A DNA stretch of 64,000 nucleotides from Candidatus Atelocyanobacterium thalassae (GCA_051971635.1 JBFPLN010000003.1:1-64000); one strand, 5' to 3'. Positions 10,476 through 22,793 are shown, counted from the first letter of the stretch. The notes: generated by a model from the letters alone, not told the origin. Numbers and translations are program-made.

Positions 10476-11756
10476 ATGGAAAAAAAAAATAATTTTATAG
10501 TTAATAGATTAGTAATTTTTAATCATCGGTGGAAGCGAAAAATGATAGTCTTTTTACTCATTTTTTTAGGAAGCTTATGTAGTTTATTTATTTATTCTTC
10601 CTTTATACCTACAAATTCTCATAATAGACCAGCAGAAATAAGAGGTGTTTGGTTGACGAATGTAGATAGTGAAGTGTTGTTTGAATCAAAAACATTAACC
10701 AAAAGTATAAATGTCCTTTCCAAACTTAACTTTAATACTCTTTATCCTGCTGTTTGGAATTGGGGTTATACTTTGTATCCTTCTGACATTGCTCAATCAG
10801 CAACTGGACAAAAATTAGATCCTGAAAAGAGATTACAAAAAAGAGACGTATTGAGGGAAATCGTAGAACAAGGACACAAAAAAGGACTTGCTGTAATTCC
10901 TTGGTTTGAGTTTGGATTTATGGCTCCTGCAAATTCTGAATTGGCTCAGCGAAATAAACAGTGGTTAACTCAAAGACAAGACAAAAGTACTATTTGGCTA
11001 GAAGGAAAAACTCATGAACGAGTTTGGTTAAATCCTCTTCACCCTGAAGTTCAGAATTTTATCACTAGTCTATTAACTGAGATTGTAACTAACTATAATA
11101 TCGACGGAATACAACTTGATGATCACTTTGGTATTCCCTATGATTTTGGATATGATGATTTTACTATTGAGTTATATAAAAAAGAGCATGACGGCAAATC
11201 TCCTCCTCAGACACCTAGTTATTTAAAGATGGGGATTAATAACTGTATGTCAAATGATCCTGCATGGATAGAATGGACAAGATGGAGATCAGAAAAAATT
11301 ACTCAATATATAAAAACAATATTTATCACAGTAAAAAAAATTAATCCTAATATTATTATGTCTGTTTCTCCTAATCCTCAAACTTTCTCTGCTAATTGTT
11401 TTTTACTGGATTGGCAAGATTGGGAAGAAAAAGGATTGATAGAAGAACTTGTTTTGCAGGTATATAGAGAAAAAATTACTGACTTTAGAAGAGAAATTAA
11501 TCGACCCGAGGTAAAAAAAGCTAAATCTCATATACCTTTCGGAATAGGTATATTGTCTGGTTTGAAAAATCGTCCAATTCCAATGAAACGTATTGTAGAA
11601 CAAGTAAAAAACACTAGAAATTCAAATTTATCGGGAGTTTCATTTTTCTTTTACGAAAGTCTATGGAATATGGGGCCAGAAACACTTATAAAACGTCAAT
11701 CAATTTTTAAGGAAATATTCCCTACATTGACTAATCGTCCCTTAATTAATAATTGA
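10476..11756 (+). CDS. GHL10 (DUF187/YddW-like) glycoside hydrolase; start may be downstream (MIVFLL...)
   Basis: EIRGVWLTN, IPWFEFG, WLNPLHPEVQ, DGIQLDDHF motifs; N-terminal hydrophobic segment. Confidence 0.88.
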   Translation: MEKKNNFIVNRLVIFNHRWKRKMIVFLLIFLGSLCSLFIYSSFIPTNSHNRPAEIRGVWLTNVDSEVLFESKTLTKSINVLSKLNFNTLYPAVWNWGYTLYPSDIAQSATGQKLDPEKRLQKRDVLREIVEQGHKKGLAVIPWFEFGFMAPANSELAQRNKQWLTQRQDKSTIWLEGKTHERVWLNPLHPEVQNFITSLLTEIVTNYNIDGIQLDDHFGIPYDFGYDDFTIELYKKEHDGKSPPQTPSYLKMGINNCMSNDPAWIEWTRWRSEKITQYIKTIFITVKKINPNIIMSVSPNPQTFSANCFLLDWQDWEEKGLIEELVLQVYREKITDFRREINRPEVKKAKSHIPFGIGILSGLKNRPIPMKRIVEQVKNTRNSNLSGVSFFFYESLWNMGPETLIKRQSIFKEIFPTLTNRPLINN

Positions 11757-11883
11757 ATATCATTTCCTAACATATAGAATCACTTCTTCTGATTCTTCAA
11801 GATTTGCTTCGGTTATTACTATATGTAAACTTCATAATAAATCGTTAAGATTAAGTCAAATTATGGTTTAAGGAGAAATATTT

Positions 11884-12726
11884 GTGAATCGTCAATCTGC
11901 CCCTGGTTTTGCGTCAATAATAGGTGGTGTTGTTACTGCTTTAATTATATTCGTCAGTTTTAATTCTTTTATCGTTATTTATCCTGGACAAGCAGGAGTA
12001 TTAAATATACTCGGCAAAGCCCAAGAACAAGTCTTGTTAGAAGGAATTCACTTCAAACCACCTTTGATCTCTACAGTAGACACATATGATGTAACTGTTC
12101 AAAAGTTTGAAGTTCCTGCTCAGAGTGCTACTAAGGATTTACAAAATTTGAGTGCTAGTTTTGCAATTAATTTTAGCCTTGATCCAATACAAGTTGTTAA
12201 TATCCGTAGAACTCAAGGAACTTTACAAAATATTGTTTCTAAAATAGTTGCTCCACAGACTCAAGAATCTTTTAAAATAGCTGCAGCTAGACGTACTGTT
12301 GAAGAGGCAATTACTCAAAGAGCTGAACTTAAAAAAGATTTTGATAATGCTCTTACTTCTAGATTAGAAAAATATGGAATTCTGGTCTTGGATACTAGTG
12401 TTATTGATCTTAATTTTTCTCCTGAGTTTTCTAAAGCTGTAGAAGAAAAACAAATTGCAGAGCAAAAAGCTCAACGAGCTGTCTATATTGCGCAAGAAGC
12501 AGAACAAGAAGCACAGGCCGATATTAATCGTGCAAAAGGTAGATCTGAAGCCCAGCGCTTATTAGCAGAAACCTTAAAAGCACAAGGTGGAGAATTAGTT
12601 CTTCAGAAAGAAGCTATTGAAGCTTGGAAATCTGGTGGTGCACAGATGCCAAAAGTTTTAGTAATGGGGAAAGGAGGGAATAGTAGTGTTCCTTTTCTTT
12701 TTAATTTAGATACTTTAGATAAGTAA
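11884..12726 (+). CDS. Prohibitin/SPFH (band 7) family protein
   Basis: N-terminal TM, SPFH domain (TKDLQ), AVEEKQIAEQ coiled coil; AGGAG RBS before GTG. Confidence 0.92.
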   Translation: MNRQSAPGFASIIGGVVTALIIFVSFNSFIVIYPGQAGVLNILGKAQEQVLLEGIHFKPPLISTVDTYDVTVQKFEVPAQSATKDLQNLSASFAINFSLDPIQVVNIRRTQGTLQNIVSKIVAPQTQESFKIAAARRTVEEAITQRAELKKDFDNALTSRLEKYGILVLDTSVIDLNFSPEFSKAVEEKQIAEQKAQRAVYIAQEAEQEAQADINRAKGRSEAQRLLAETLKAQGGELVLQKEAIEAWKSGGAQMPKVLVMGKGGNSSVPFLFNLDTLDK

Positions 12727-12746
12727 GATTGAAAAAACAATGTAAA

Positions 12747-12791
12747 TAAGTAAATAGAGTTAATTTAGATTAAATTAACTCTATTTACTTA
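12747..12791. repeat. Perfect 21-bp inverted repeat, 3-nt spacer
   Basis: TAAGTAAATAGAGTTAATTTA-GAT-TAAATTAACTCTATTTACTTA. Confidence 0.95.
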
Positions 12792-12825
12792 GATATAGTA
12801 ATTGACTATAGACTGCAGAGATAAT

Positions 12826-13494
12826 ATGACAAAATTTGCTATCAATGTTGACAATGTAAGCTTTGGTTGGTGTGACGATAGCTCTATTTTAGAATCTTGT
12901 TCCTTAGCTGTACCTCAAGGAGAGTTTTGGATGCTTTTGGGGGCCAATGGTAGTGGTAAATCTACATTATTAAAACTTCTAACTAATTTACTGGTACCAA
13001 AAAGTGGAACCATAAAAATGAGTCTACCTGTAGGATTAGTATTTCAAAACCCTGATCGTCAATTAATAATGCCGACAGTAGGTGCTGATATTGCTTTTGG
13101 CCTAGTCTCGGAAAATTTATCCTTTTCAGAAACTAAGCTTCGTATTAGTGAAGCATTAATGGCTGTTAATTTATTAGGATTAGAGAAAAAACCTATTTAT
13201 GCTCTTAGTGGAGGTCAAAAGCAAAGAATTGCGATCGCTGGAGAAGTTGCACGTAAATGTTCAGTTTTGTTACTAGATGAGCCTACTGCATTACTTGATC
13301 ATGAAGCTCAGATAGAATTAGTTAAAGGAGTAAGAAACTTAGTAAAAGCTCGTAAAATAACGGCACTTTGGGTTACTCATCGATTAGAAGAATTGGATTA
13401 TTGTGACGGAGCTTTTTTACTTGAAAAAGGTAAAGTTACTCAACAAGGTCATCCACAAATAATTAAAAAACAAATTTCGTATGCAAAACTATAA
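12826..13494 (+). CDS. ECF/CbiO-like ABC ATPase (ATG at 12826 preferred over TTG at 12802)
   Basis: GANGSGKST, FQNPD, LSGGQKQR, LLLDEPTA, VTH. Confidence 0.88.
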   Translation: MTKFAINVDNVSFGWCDDSSILESCSLAVPQGEFWMLLGANGSGKSTLLKLLTNLLVPKSGTIKMSLPVGLVFQNPDRQLIMPTVGADIAFGLVSENLSFSETKLRISEALMAVNLLGLEKKPIYALSGGQKQRIAIAGEVARKCSVLLLDEPTALLDHEAQIELVKGVRNLVKARKITALWVTHRLEELDYCDGAFLLEKGKVTQQGHPQIIKKQISYAKL

Positions 13495-13590
13495 TTTTTT
13501 ATATATTATTCTTGTAACTATTTAGCTAAGTAATATAAAAAAATATGCATGGCAATCCTGAGAAATTTCATAAAAAAAAACGAGGGTTAA

Positions 13591-14862
13591 ATGGTTTTAA
13601 ATAATACTGATTTAGATTTTCTAAATGAAACTGATCCTATTATTATGTCAATGATTAGGGGAGAACTTCAAAGACAACGCGAACATTTAGAATTAATTGC
13701 TAGTGAAAACTTTGCTTCTCGTGCTGTTTTGGCAGCACAAGGGTCTATATTAACAAATAAATATGCAGAGGGACTACCTCAAAAACGATATTATGGTGGA
13801 TGTGAATGGGTTGATAAAATAGAACAAACCGCAATTGATCGTGCTAAAAAATTATTTGGAGCTGGTCATGCAAATGTGCAACCTCATTCTGGAGCTCAGG
13901 CCAATTTCGCAGTTTTTTTAAGCCTTCTTAATCCTGGTGACAAAATCATGGGTATGGATTTATCTCATGGAGGACACCTTACTCACGGATCTTCTGTCAA
14001 TGTTTCTGGAAAATGGTTTGAAACTTGTTCTTATGGAGTCGAAATATATAATGAACAATTAAATTATGATCAAATTTTAAAATTAGCACAGAAAGAGAAG
14101 CCAAAATTATTAATTTGTGGTTATTCTGCTTATCCTAGAACTATTGAGTTTGATAAGTTTCGTATAATTGCTGATGAAGTTGGAGCATATTTAATGGCCG
14201 ATATTGCTCATATTGCGGGATTAGTTGCTAGTGGACATCATCCTAACCCTTTGCCTCATTGTGATATTGTCACAACAACTACTCATAAGACTTTAAGAGG
14301 ACCTAGGGGTGGCTTAATAATGACTAACAATATAGACCTAGGTAAAAAGATTGATAAAGCAGTATTTCCTGGTACACAAGGAGGTCCACTAGAACATGTT
14401 ATTGCTGCTAAAGCTGTGGCTTTTAAAGAAGCTTTGAATCCAAATTTTAAGATATATTCAGAAAAAGTAATTAATAATGCGAAAAGCTTAGCAAATCAAC
14501 TAATTAAAAGAGGTTTTAGAGTTGTTTCTAACGGTACTGACAATCATTTAATATTGGTGGATTTACAGTCCATTAAAATGAGTGGTAAAGAAGCCGATAA
14601 GCTAATCAGCACAATCAATATTACAGCAAATAAGAATACAATTCCTTTTGATCCAGAATCCCCCTTTGTTACTAGCGGAATTCGACTAGGTTCTCCTGCC
14701 ATGACAACTAGAGGATTAGGAATAAAAGAATTTATCGAAATAGGTAATATTATTGCAGACCGACTACTTAATCCAACAAATGAGTTGATTAGGGACAATT
14801 GTCTTCATAGAGTTAAAGCTTTATGTAATACATTCCCTCTATATCCTTACCTTGATATATAG
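13591..14862 (+). CDS. glyA: Serine hydroxymethyltransferase
   Basis: [30 protein letters not shown]-lysine motif. Confidence 0.98.
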   Translation: MVLNNTDLDFLNETDPIIMSMIRGELQRQREHLELIASENFASRAVLAAQGSILTNKYAEGLPQKRYYGGCEWVDKIEQTAIDRAKKLFGAGHANVQPHSGAQANFAVFLSLLNPGDKIMGMDLSHGGHLTHGSSVNVSGKWFETCSYGVEIYNEQLNYDQILKLAQKEKPKLLICGYSAYPRTIEFDKFRIIADEVGAYLMADIAHIAGLVASGHHPNPLPHCDIVTTTTHKTLRGPRGGLIMTNNIDLGKKIDKAVFPGTQGGPLEHVIAAKAVAFKEALNPNFKIYSEKVINNAKSLANQLIKRGFRVVSNGTDNHLILVDLQSIKMSGKEADKLISTINITANKNTIPFDPESPFVTSGIRLGSPAMTTRGLGIKEFIEIGNIIADRLLNPTNELIRDNCLHRVKALCNTFPLYPYLDI

Positions 14863-14906
14863 CTTTTATTGCTTTATGAAGAAATGATTATCTTCTAAAA
14901 TATTTT

Positions 14907-16355
14907 TTATATCATATTTGGAATTGTTGAAATTTTAGAAGATGTTTCTTTGACAAAGGTTCGGAGTAAATCTTCTTGCTGTGTTTTAGCAAATATCTTG
15001 TTAATAATCTGCGAAAATTTTGCGATATCAATTTTCGAACAATTTATAAATGTATTCTCTTGTTCTTGGAAATATTCTATTAAACTTAGACCAACAATAT
15101 GAGTTAAATAAGCTACGCTGATACCTTGACTAAGACTTCCTAAAACATAAGTGATTACATTGCTTTTTAACAGACTAGAAATCGTATGGATCGATAATTC
15201 GGCAATACCTAACTGTAATAGTATTTTCCCTATAGCAATAGCAGCTACTTGCCCTTGAGAAAAAGTAAATCCCTGTTTGTAAATCTTACTTAAATCAACA
15301 ATCATCTGGGTGTTAATAGCTGCAGTTGCTAAAAAATCTAAAGAAGGAATAGGATTTACAGAAACTACAGTGGCAGTTATAAGCTCATATTTTTTAATTA
15401 TTGGTATTGCTTTGTTGTACCTGATATTATTAGAAATAGTTTTTACTTGCTGTTTAATGTTTATTACTCTACGCCAATTTGTACCTATAAATAACTGTCG
15501 TCGATTCTTAGTTTCAATGATTTTAAGTCTATGCAATAATGACGTAATATTTGGTGGCTCTTTTTCTATCCATTCTCGACTTGAGCCATCAAAATTATAT
15601 TGGCGGTTTTTAATTTTTGCTGAAATAGAATTAATCCCAATCACATCACTAGGATGAATAATCGATTGAACCTGCTGTTGTATTTTTTCTATAATTGCTT
15701 GCCTATCTTCATCATCATACTGATCTTGCTTGTTAAAGGCTATCAAGCAAGGACAATGCATTTGGTGTAATAATTTGATTTTTTCTAGTTCAGAATATGT
15801 CAAATTTTCATTGACTAAAAAAATTATAATATCTACATCAAAGTGGATATTAGTCAATATATCTTTTTCTAAAATATCTGAATATTTTTCCTGATTTAAT
15901 AGCTTTTTCAAGCTAGTTTTTCCTATATTTTTTTTCCCAATTATTCCAACAGAAAAAGATGATGATTCAGGATTATCTTCTAAATTTTGGAGCTGTATTT
16001 TTAAGTTAGATATATTCTGACTAGGATCTTCTTCAATAACACAACTTATAATTTGCTTTGTATCAGAAATAGCCTGACTCAAGTCACTCAGAGTTAGTTG
16101 AGATGAAATAGAATGCTCTTTTTCCTTCTGATTTTTAATCTGCTCTCTCCAAAAAACTATTCCAAGAAGAGCTGTAATAGGTAGAGCCCATGTACTAAAA
16201 TTTATGATTTTATGATATAGACTTTCCTCGATCCACAACAAAAAAATTCCTAATCCCAGAAAAAATGTTGATTTTTTAACCTTGAAAGTCATTTTTATTT
16301 TTGACAAGCTAGTTTGTTCAACACCTAATATACTATTTTTTAACTTAATTTTCAA
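14907..16355 (-). CDS. DUF697/YcjF-like membrane GTPase-domain protein; start uncertain
   Basis: Two N-terminal TMs, GKKNIGKTS P-loop, NKQD G4, NPIPSLDFLATAAIN DUF697 motif. Confidence 0.75.
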   Translation of the reverse strand: MKIKLKNSILGVEQTSLSKIKMTFKVKKSTFFLGLGIFLLWIEESLYHKIINFSTWALPITALLGIVFWREQIKNQKEKEHSISSQLTLSDLSQAISDTKQIISCVIEEDPSQNISNLKIQLQNLEDNPESSSFSVGIIGKKNIGKTSLKKLLNQEKYSDILEKDILTNIHFDVDIIIFLVNENLTYSELEKIKLLHQMHCPCLIAFNKQDQYDDEDRQAIIEKIQQQVQSIIHPSDVIGINSISAKIKNRQYNFDGSSREWIEKEPPNITSLLHRLKIIETKNRRQLFIGTNWRRVINIKQQVKTISNNIRYNKAIPIIKKYELITATVVSVNPIPSLDFLATAAINTQMIVDLSKIYKQGFTFSQGQVAAIAIGKILLQLGIAELSIHTISSLLKSNVITYVLGSLSQGISVAYLTHIVGLSLIEYFQEQENTFINCSKIDIAKFSQIINKIFAKTQQEDLLRTFVKETSSKISTIPNMI

Positions 16356-16445
16356 AAAGTTAAATGTTTAGATAGTAATTAACAAAAAATTAATCAATAT
16401 AAATATTTTTTATCTATTCGACATCATACGTTTTATTTTTTCTTG

Positions 16446-16952
16446 TTAGATAGTAGCGTTAAAAAAGCGTTTTTTAATGCTAGACCAAAATCCAGAAAAT
16501 TTTGCTTTCACTTTATTTGTTAAACACCATTTTTGAAATTCCTTTTGATAATTTTCACTTTCTGATTGAAATGTCTTTAAAATATCTAAAGTTATGATAA
16601 GTCCTGAAAAAGTTAATATATATAGTGACCAGGATAGAGTACGTACAGCTAAAAAATTTAAAGCTATAAAAAAAGAATTGATAACTAAAAGCTTTATTGT
16701 TTTGTATTTTAATCGTCTTTGTAAATATTTATCAAATTCTTTCTTGTTTTCTTTATATCTTTTTGTTGATAACCAAATTTGTTCAACCAATTCTAATGAC
16801 TTAGCATTTATGCCTAGCTCTGATGCAATTTCTATAAATTCTTCTCTAGAAAATTTTTCAGATTTAGTTTTGGAAACAATAGCTAAGTGCAAAATTTCCT
16901 GAATTTCTTCTTTGGCATAGTGTGCAGGTGGTAATATATGATTTAGAGGCAT
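16446..16952 (-). CDS. 2TM-domain-containing cyanobacterial protein
   Basis: Y..EEIQEILHLAI and EIASELGI N-terminal motifs, two TMs (INSFFIALN, LSWSLYIL). Confidence 0.7.
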   Translation of the reverse strand: MPLNHILPPAHYAKEEIQEILHLAIVSKTKSEKFSREEFIEIASELGINAKSLELVEQIWLSTKRYKENKKEFDKYLQRRLKYKTIKLLVINSFFIALNFLAVRTLSWSLYILTFSGLIITLDILKTFQSESENYQKEFQKWCLTNKVKAKFSGFWSSIKKRFFNATI

Positions 16953-17471
16953 TGAAAAGGATGGAATAAATTATGAATAACGATTATTAACGAAATATAA
17001 TTTTTTAGATATTTGCAATTAGTCCGATAATTAATATTCTAATACTATTTGCAATTTTTATAATGAATAAAAATACTAAAAATTAGATTAATAACTTATT
17101 ATTTTAGAAATGTGAACATATCTAAGTTCAATAGAGAATATACTGTAAAAGGTTTTTTGTCTAGCTACGTATAATGATATGTATATTTAGAGGTTTTTTA
17201 CAATCTAGGTAATCTTAAGAAATATAACAAATGAAATATTGATAATTTTTATAAAAAATAAGTTATCTCTATTATTTTTCCTAGAATAGATTAATATTCA
17301 TGTAAAATTAACACATAAACGTTTCAAACCTCATCTGCATAATCAGAAGATTCTTTAACAAAAGTAATTGAATCAAATCTAAAAACATTATGCATTAATA
17401 TAATTCCAACTCTTTTATAGAACTGATACAACTTACATTCATTTAAAAAATTAAAGGTTTATTTGTAGATT

Positions 17472-20400
17472 ATGGTTTTTTCTTCTCTTATTTACACTTT
17501 ACAAAAGTCTTCTTTCATCAAGAATCTATTACAACAACTTGAAGTAAAAAATGAGCTGGGAATAAAAGGGCTTAATCGTTTATCAAAAGGATTAATTTCA
17601 TCAGTTATTTCACAAATAAATGATCAAAATCTACTAGTCATATGTGCTACTTCAGAAGAAGCAAGAAGGTGGACAAAACAGTTAGAAATTATGGGTTGGA
17701 AAGATGTTAATTTCTATTTTGTTCCGGAAACTTCTCCATACGAAGAATTAAATATTGAGAATGAAATAATTTGGACACAGATGCAAGTTCTTTCTAATCT
17801 TTTTAAATCGAAAGAATCAAAAAATACAAAGTTTGCTATTGTTACTACTGAAAGGTCCTTACAACAACATTTACCATCTCCATCAAACTTTTATGATCAT
17901 TGTTTAAATTTTACAGTAGGAATAAAAATGTCTTTCACTGATCTCAGTAACACATTCAGTGAGTTGGGATATGAAAAAGTTTCTCTAGTTGAGAAAGAAG
18001 GAGAATGGAGTAGAAGAGGAGATATTATAGATATTTTTCCGGTTTCATCAGAAATTCCTATACGTTTAGAGTGGCTTGGGGATGAACTAGAAAAAATTCG
18101 AGAATTTGATATATCAACACAGCGTTCACTGGGAGAAATAGAGCAAGTTTTATTAACCCCTATTAGCTTTAATGTTATCTTAAAAAATACTATTCAAGAA
18201 AAAGCATGTAATTTAGATAATTGCATCTCAGAAAAAAAACAAAAAAAATTACAACATCATAATTCTTATTTAGAAGTTCAAGAAATTTTGGATACTACTA
18301 TTTCCAAAACTGCTTCTCTACTTGATTACTTATCTTCCGATACACTTTGTGTTTTTGATGAAATTGATCAATGTAAGGCTCATAATCACCGATGGCTAGA
18401 ATATGTTGAAAGAAGTTGGAATGAAAAACAGAATCAGTTGCCAAAAATTCACCGTTCTTTTGAAGAATCTTTTTCTTTAATAGATAAAGTACCTAAATTA
18501 TATTTGTCAGAATTATCTGAGTTTAATGATAAAGATTCTATCAATATAGAATCTCGTCCTATTCCTGTTAATCCTCATCAATTTTCTAAAATAGCTGAAA
18601 TATTGAGAGGAAAAAGAGAAATTTACAATGGAATAAATATAAATAAATATTCAGTATGGTTAATCTCGGCGCAACCTTCACGTACTGTTACGTTATTACA
18701 AGAACACGATTATTTTGCTCAATTTATTCCTAATCTTCGAGATTTTCCTGCAATTAAGAAATCTCATACTCAATGTATGGCAGTCGCTTTAAAACATTCT
18801 GGATTAGTTGGTTTAGAAGGTTTTATTTTACCCATATTTCGAATTGCAGTAATTACTGATAAAGAATTCTTTGGGCAAAGTACTTTAGGGTCCTCAGAAT
18901 TTTTTAAAAAACGTCGTCACTCAACTTCTAAAAAAGTCAACTTGCAAAAACTTCATGCAGGTGATTATGTAGTTCATAAAAGTCATGGGATTGGTAAATT
19001 TTTAAAACTAGAAAATTTGTCAAATCGTGAATATTTAGTTGTTCAATATTCTGATGGAGTTTTAAGAGTACCTGCTGATTCTCTTGATAATTTATTACGA
19101 TATTCTTGTGTAGATTCTACACCTCCTAAATTAAATAAAATGACAGGAAAGGATTGGAGTAAAATTAAACAAAAAGTTCGTAAAAATGTTAAAAAATTAG
19201 CATTTGATTTACTCCATCTATATGCAGAAAGAGCTCAAAAACAAGGATATTCATATCCTAATGACTCTCCTTGGCAGCAAGAACTTGAAGATTCTTTCCC
19301 TTATCAACCAACACCTGATCAGTCACAGGCTATTCGAGAAGTTAAAGCAGACTTAGAGAGTAGTAGACCGATGGATCGTCTTATTTGTGGAGATGTTGGC
19401 TTTGGTAAAACTGAAGTAGCTATTAGAGCAATTTTTAAGGCTGTTACTAGTGGTCATAAGCAAGTAGTTTTTTTAGCACCCACTACAATCTTAACTCAGC
19501 AGCATTATCACACTCTTCAAACAAGATTTTCTCCTTACCCTATCAGTATTGGATTATTAAATAGATTTCGTACAATTTCAGAAAAAAAAGATATTGTCGA
19601 ACGTTTAACTACTGGAGAATTAGATATCGTAGTTGGAACACAACAACTTTTAGGAAAAAATATAAACTTTAAAGATTTAGGATTATTAGTAATTGATGAG
19701 GAGCAACGTTTCGGAGTTAATCATAAGGAAAAAATCCGAACAATTAAAGCTAATGTAGATGTTCTTACTTTAACTGCGACCCCTATTCCAAGAACTCTTC
19801 ATATGTCCTTATCAGGAATAAGAGAAATGAGTCTAATTTCTACACCGCCACCATCTCGTCGTTCTATTAAAACTCACTTATCTAGCTATGATCCAAATCT
19901 GATAAAAGTAGCTATCAAAGCAGAACTTGATCGTGGTGGTCAAGTTTTTTATGTCGTTCCTAGAATAGAAAACATTGATAAATTAGTTATACAGATAAGA
20001 GAAATGATTCCAGATGCCAAAGTTTTAATTGCACATGGACAAATGGATATGAATACTTTAGAAGTAACCATGCTAAATTTTAATAATGGAGATGCTGATA
20101 TTCTAGTGTGCACAACAATTATTGAATCTGGACTAGATATCCCTAAAGTTAATACAATTATTATTGAAGATGCACAAAAGTTTGGGTTATCGCAACTATA
20201 TCAATTAAGAGGGAGAGTCGGCAGATCAGGCATTCAAGCCCATGCATGGTTATTTTATCCAAATAAATCTGAATTAACTGATAATGCACTCAAAAGATTA
20301 AATGCGTTGCAAGAATTCAGTGAACTTGGTTCAGGTTATCATTTAGCAACTCGTGATATGGAGATTAGAGGTGCAGGTAATTTGCTTGGAGCAGAACAAT

Positions 20401-20945
20401 CTGGACAAATGGAGGCCATAGGTTTTGAGTTATACGTGGAAATGTTACAAGAAGCCATCAGAGAAGTTCAGGGAGAAAGCATCCCTGAAGTTAAAGATAC
20501 TCAGATAGATCTAAAATTAACCGCTTTTATTCCAAATAATTATATTTCTGATGTTGAACAAAAAATAATGGCATATCGCGAAGTTGCAGTTGCTACTTCT
20601 AAGAAAGAATTGAATATTATTGCTGCTGAATGGGGTGAACGTTATGGAGCCGTACCACATCCTGTGCAACAATTGTTAAAAGTAATTGAATTAAAACAAC
20701 TAGCTAAATCTTTAGGTTTTTCTCGCATAAAAACAGAAGGAAAAAATTCTGTAATCTTAGAGACTCCAATGGAAGAACCTGCATGGCGTATTTTACAAAA
20801 CAATTTACCAGAACATTTGCAAACACGTTTTGTTTATAACTCTAAAAAAATTATAATTAGGGGATTAGGAAGTTTAAATCCGCAAAAACAACTTGAAAGT
20901 TTGGTAACATGGTTTAAAATTATGGAAGGAAATGAAAATAAATAA
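17472..20945 (+). CDS. mfd: Transcription-repair coupling factor
   Basis: RRGDIIDIF, CarD-like [42 protein letters not shown]-terminal domain. Confidence 0.98.
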   Translation: MVFSSLIYTLQKSSFIKNLLQQLEVKNELGIKGLNRLSKGLISSVISQINDQNLLVICATSEEARRWTKQLEIMGWKDVNFYFVPETSPYEELNIENEIIWTQMQVLSNLFKSKESKNTKFAIVTTERSLQQHLPSPSNFYDHCLNFTVGIKMSFTDLSNTFSELGYEKVSLVEKEGEWSRRGDIIDIFPVSSEIPIRLEWLGDELEKIREFDISTQRSLGEIEQVLLTPISFNVILKNTIQEKACNLDNCISEKKQKKLQHHNSYLEVQEILDTTISKTASLLDYLSSDTLCVFDEIDQCKAHNHRWLEYVERSWNEKQNQLPKIHRSFEESFSLIDKVPKLYLSELSEFNDKDSINIESRPIPVNPHQFSKIAEILRGKREIYNGININKYSVWLISAQPSRTVTLLQEHDYFAQFIPNLRDFPAIKKSHTQCMAVALKHSGLVGLEGFILPIFRIAVITDKEFFGQSTLGSSEFFKKRRHSTSKKVNLQKLHAGDYVVHKSHGIGKFLKLENLSNREYLVVQYSDGVLRVPADSLDNLLRYSCVDSTPPKLNKMTGKDWSKIKQKVRKNVKKLAFDLLHLYAERAQKQGYSYPNDSPWQQELEDSFPYQPTPDQSQAIREVKADLESSRPMDRLICGDVGFGKTEVAIRAIFKAVTSGHKQVVFLAPTTILTQQHYHTLQTRFSPYPISIGLLNRFRTISEKKDIVERLTTGELDIVVGTQQLLGKNINFKDLGLLVIDEEQRFGVNHKEKIRTIKANVDVLTLTATPIPRTLHMSLSGIREMSLISTPPPSRRSIKTHLSSYDPNLIKVAIKAELDRGGQVFYVVPRIENIDKLVIQIREMIPDAKVLIAHGQMDMNTLEVTMLNFNNGDADILVCTTIIESGLDIPKVNTIIIEDAQKFGLSQLYQLRGRVGRSGIQAHAWLFYPNKSELTDNALKRLNALQEFSELGSGYHLATRDMEIRGAGNLLGAEQSGQMEAIGFELYVEMLQEAIREVQGESIPEVKDTQIDLKLTAFIPNNYISDVEQKIMAYREVAVATSKKELNIIAAEWGERYGAVPHPVQQLLKVIELKQLAKSLGFSRIKTEGKNSVILETPMEEPAWRILQNNLPEHLQTRFVYNSKKIIIRGLGSLNPQKQLESLVTWFKIMEGNENK

Positions 20946-21031
20946 CACTATATTAATACGCAACTTTTTTCAATCTATGCAGACTTTGTAACATTAGATA
21001 GTTTGGTCTAAATTTATTAGAGCAAAATAAA

Positions 21032-21061
21032 AATTCCTCAAAAAATATCTCTTGAGGAATT
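21032..21061. terminator. Hairpin between convergent mfd and ndhJ
   Basis: AATTCCTCAA...TTGAGGAATT 10-bp stem; extends through G-U pairs only on the minus (ndhJ) strand. Confidence 0.7.
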
Positions 21062-21093
21062 AAATTAAGTTGCATATAATTGCATTGCTGAAT

Positions 21094-21633
21094 TTAATAA
21101 GCGTCTTGTAACTCGTAAAAATTAGGAGAAATATAATCTTTTCGTAGAGGCCAACCAACCCAATCTTCTGGCATTAAAATCCTTTTCAAATCGGGATGAT
21201 TATCATAGACAATACCGTACATATCATAGTTTTCTCTTTCTTGCCAATCAGCAGCTTTCCAAATCCAATACACAGAAGGAACATGAGGATTATCTCTTGT
21301 TAGGAATACTTTAAGCCGTAGTTCCTGAGGCTTATCAATATTGTCTTCAACCTTAGTTAAGTGATAAAAACTAACTAATTCTTTCCCTGGACCTAAATCA
21401 TAAGCTCCTTGACATTGTAAATAATTGAATCCATAGGCATATAGTGCAGTAGATAGAGGGATGAGAAATTTTGGTGATATTCCAATCATTTCTATTCCTA
21501 AATGATCTACTCCTAAAATTTTATGTTCAAAACCATTTTGCGTTAGCCAATTAGAGACTAGTCCTGGCTGTAAGGCTGTTGACTCTTGTTCGCCTTTAGG
21601 ATTTTTTTCTTTTGCTTTTTTTTCTTCAGTCAC
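21094..21633 (-). CDS. ndhJ: NDH-1 subunit J (GTG start at 21633 rather than 21660)
   Basis: [39 protein letters not shown] in the ndhK 3' end precedes the GTG. Confidence 0.95.
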   Translation of the reverse strand: MTEEKKAKEKNPKGEQESTALQPGLVSNWLTQNGFEHKILGVDHLGIEMIGISPKFLIPLSTALYAYGFNYLQCQGAYDLGPGKELVSFYHLTKVEDNIDKPQELRLKVFLTRDNPHVPSVYWIWKAADWQERENYDMYGIVYDNHPDLKRILMPEDWVGWPLRKDYISPNFYELQDAY

Positions 21634-21634
21634 C

Positions 21635-22378
21635 TTACATGTCCTCCAGTTGTTTTTCAATAGCTAGAGTAGATAAATCTCCAGCTCTAAATACTTCGCC
21701 TAACTCTTTAGGAGGGGTGTGACGAGTTTCAGTAGCCAAATATTTACCAGTTAATATTGGAGAAACTATTTTCATATTATGTGGAACACTATAATAACGG
21801 TGAGTTTGTTCCATGATAGTTGCTCTTTCCTGAATTGTTTCATTAGAGACTTTTTTACGTAATTTAATTACAGCATCAAAGATTGCTTCTGGACGAGGAG
21901 GGCAACCGGGAATATATACATCTACAGGAATTAATTTATCTACCCCACGTACAGTAGTTGTAGAATCACGACTAAACATTCCTCCAGTTATTGTACAGGC
22001 ACCCATTGCAATAACATATTTAGGAGAAGGCATTTCCTCATAAAGACGTACTAGAGCAGGAGCCATTTTCATAGTTACAGTTCCTGCAACTAAAAGTAGA
22101 TCTGCTTGTCTTGGACTACATCGAGGAACTAAACCAAAGCGATCAAAATCAAAACGCGAACCAATTAGAGCAGCAAATTCAATAAAACAACACGCTGTAC
22201 CATACAGTAATGGCCATAAACTGGATAAACGAGCCCAGTTATGTAAATCATCAACGGTCGTTAAAATAATATTTTCTGATAGATCTTGGGTTATTTGACC
22301 AAGAGCGACAGGATTAAGGATTTTTTCTTTTTGTGACTGCTCTATGTCTGACAAATCTGGTGTTAAGTTCGGACTCAT
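21635..22378 (-). CDS. ndhK: NDH-1 subunit K
   Basis: [29 protein letters not shown]2-cluster ligands. Confidence 0.97.
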   Translation of the reverse strand: MSPNLTPDLSDIEQSQKEKILNPVALGQITQDLSENIILTTVDDLHNWARLSSLWPLLYGTACCFIEFAALIGSRFDFDRFGLVPRCSPRQADLLLVAGTVTMKMAPALVRLYEEMPSPKYVIAMGACTITGGMFSRDSTTTVRGVDKLIPVDVYIPGCPPRPEAIFDAVIKLRKKVSNETIQERATIMEQTHRYYSVPHNMKIVSPILTGKYLATETRHTPPKELGEVFRAGDLSTLAIEKQLEDM

Positions 22379-22430
22379 AAGAATTCAGTTATAATCAATG
22401 TACAATATTTTCGAGAGATATTCTGAGGTC

Positions 22431-22793
22431 TTAAGACCATTCTAGTGCGCCTTTTCGCCAAGCATAAACCAACGCAATAACAAGAATAGCTATAAAGATG
22501 AGAGCTTCAATAAAAGCTAATAAACCTAAACTACTGAAAGCGACAGCCCAGGGATATAAAAAAACTGTCTCTACATCAAATACAACAAACACTAAAGCGA
22601 ACATATAATAGCGAATATTGAACTGTATCCAGGCACCTCCGATAGGTTCCATCCCAGATTCGTAAGTAGTTAATGTTTCAGGACCACCGTTACTGGGGCG
22701 TAAGATTTTTGATGCAGTTAAAGCTAGAATGGGAATTAAATTACAGGCAATAAGAAAGCCAAGTAAATATTCGTAACCGCTGAGGACAAACAC
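22431..22793 (-). CDS. ndhC: NDH-1 subunit 3 (GTG start)
   Basis: [27 protein letters not shown]. Confidence 0.97.
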   Translation of the reverse strand: MFVLSGYEYLLGFLIACNLIPILALTASKILRPSNGGPETLTTYESGMEPIGGAWIQFNIRYYMFALVFVVFDVETVFLYPWAVAFSSLGLLAFIEALIFIAILVIALVYAWRKGALEWS

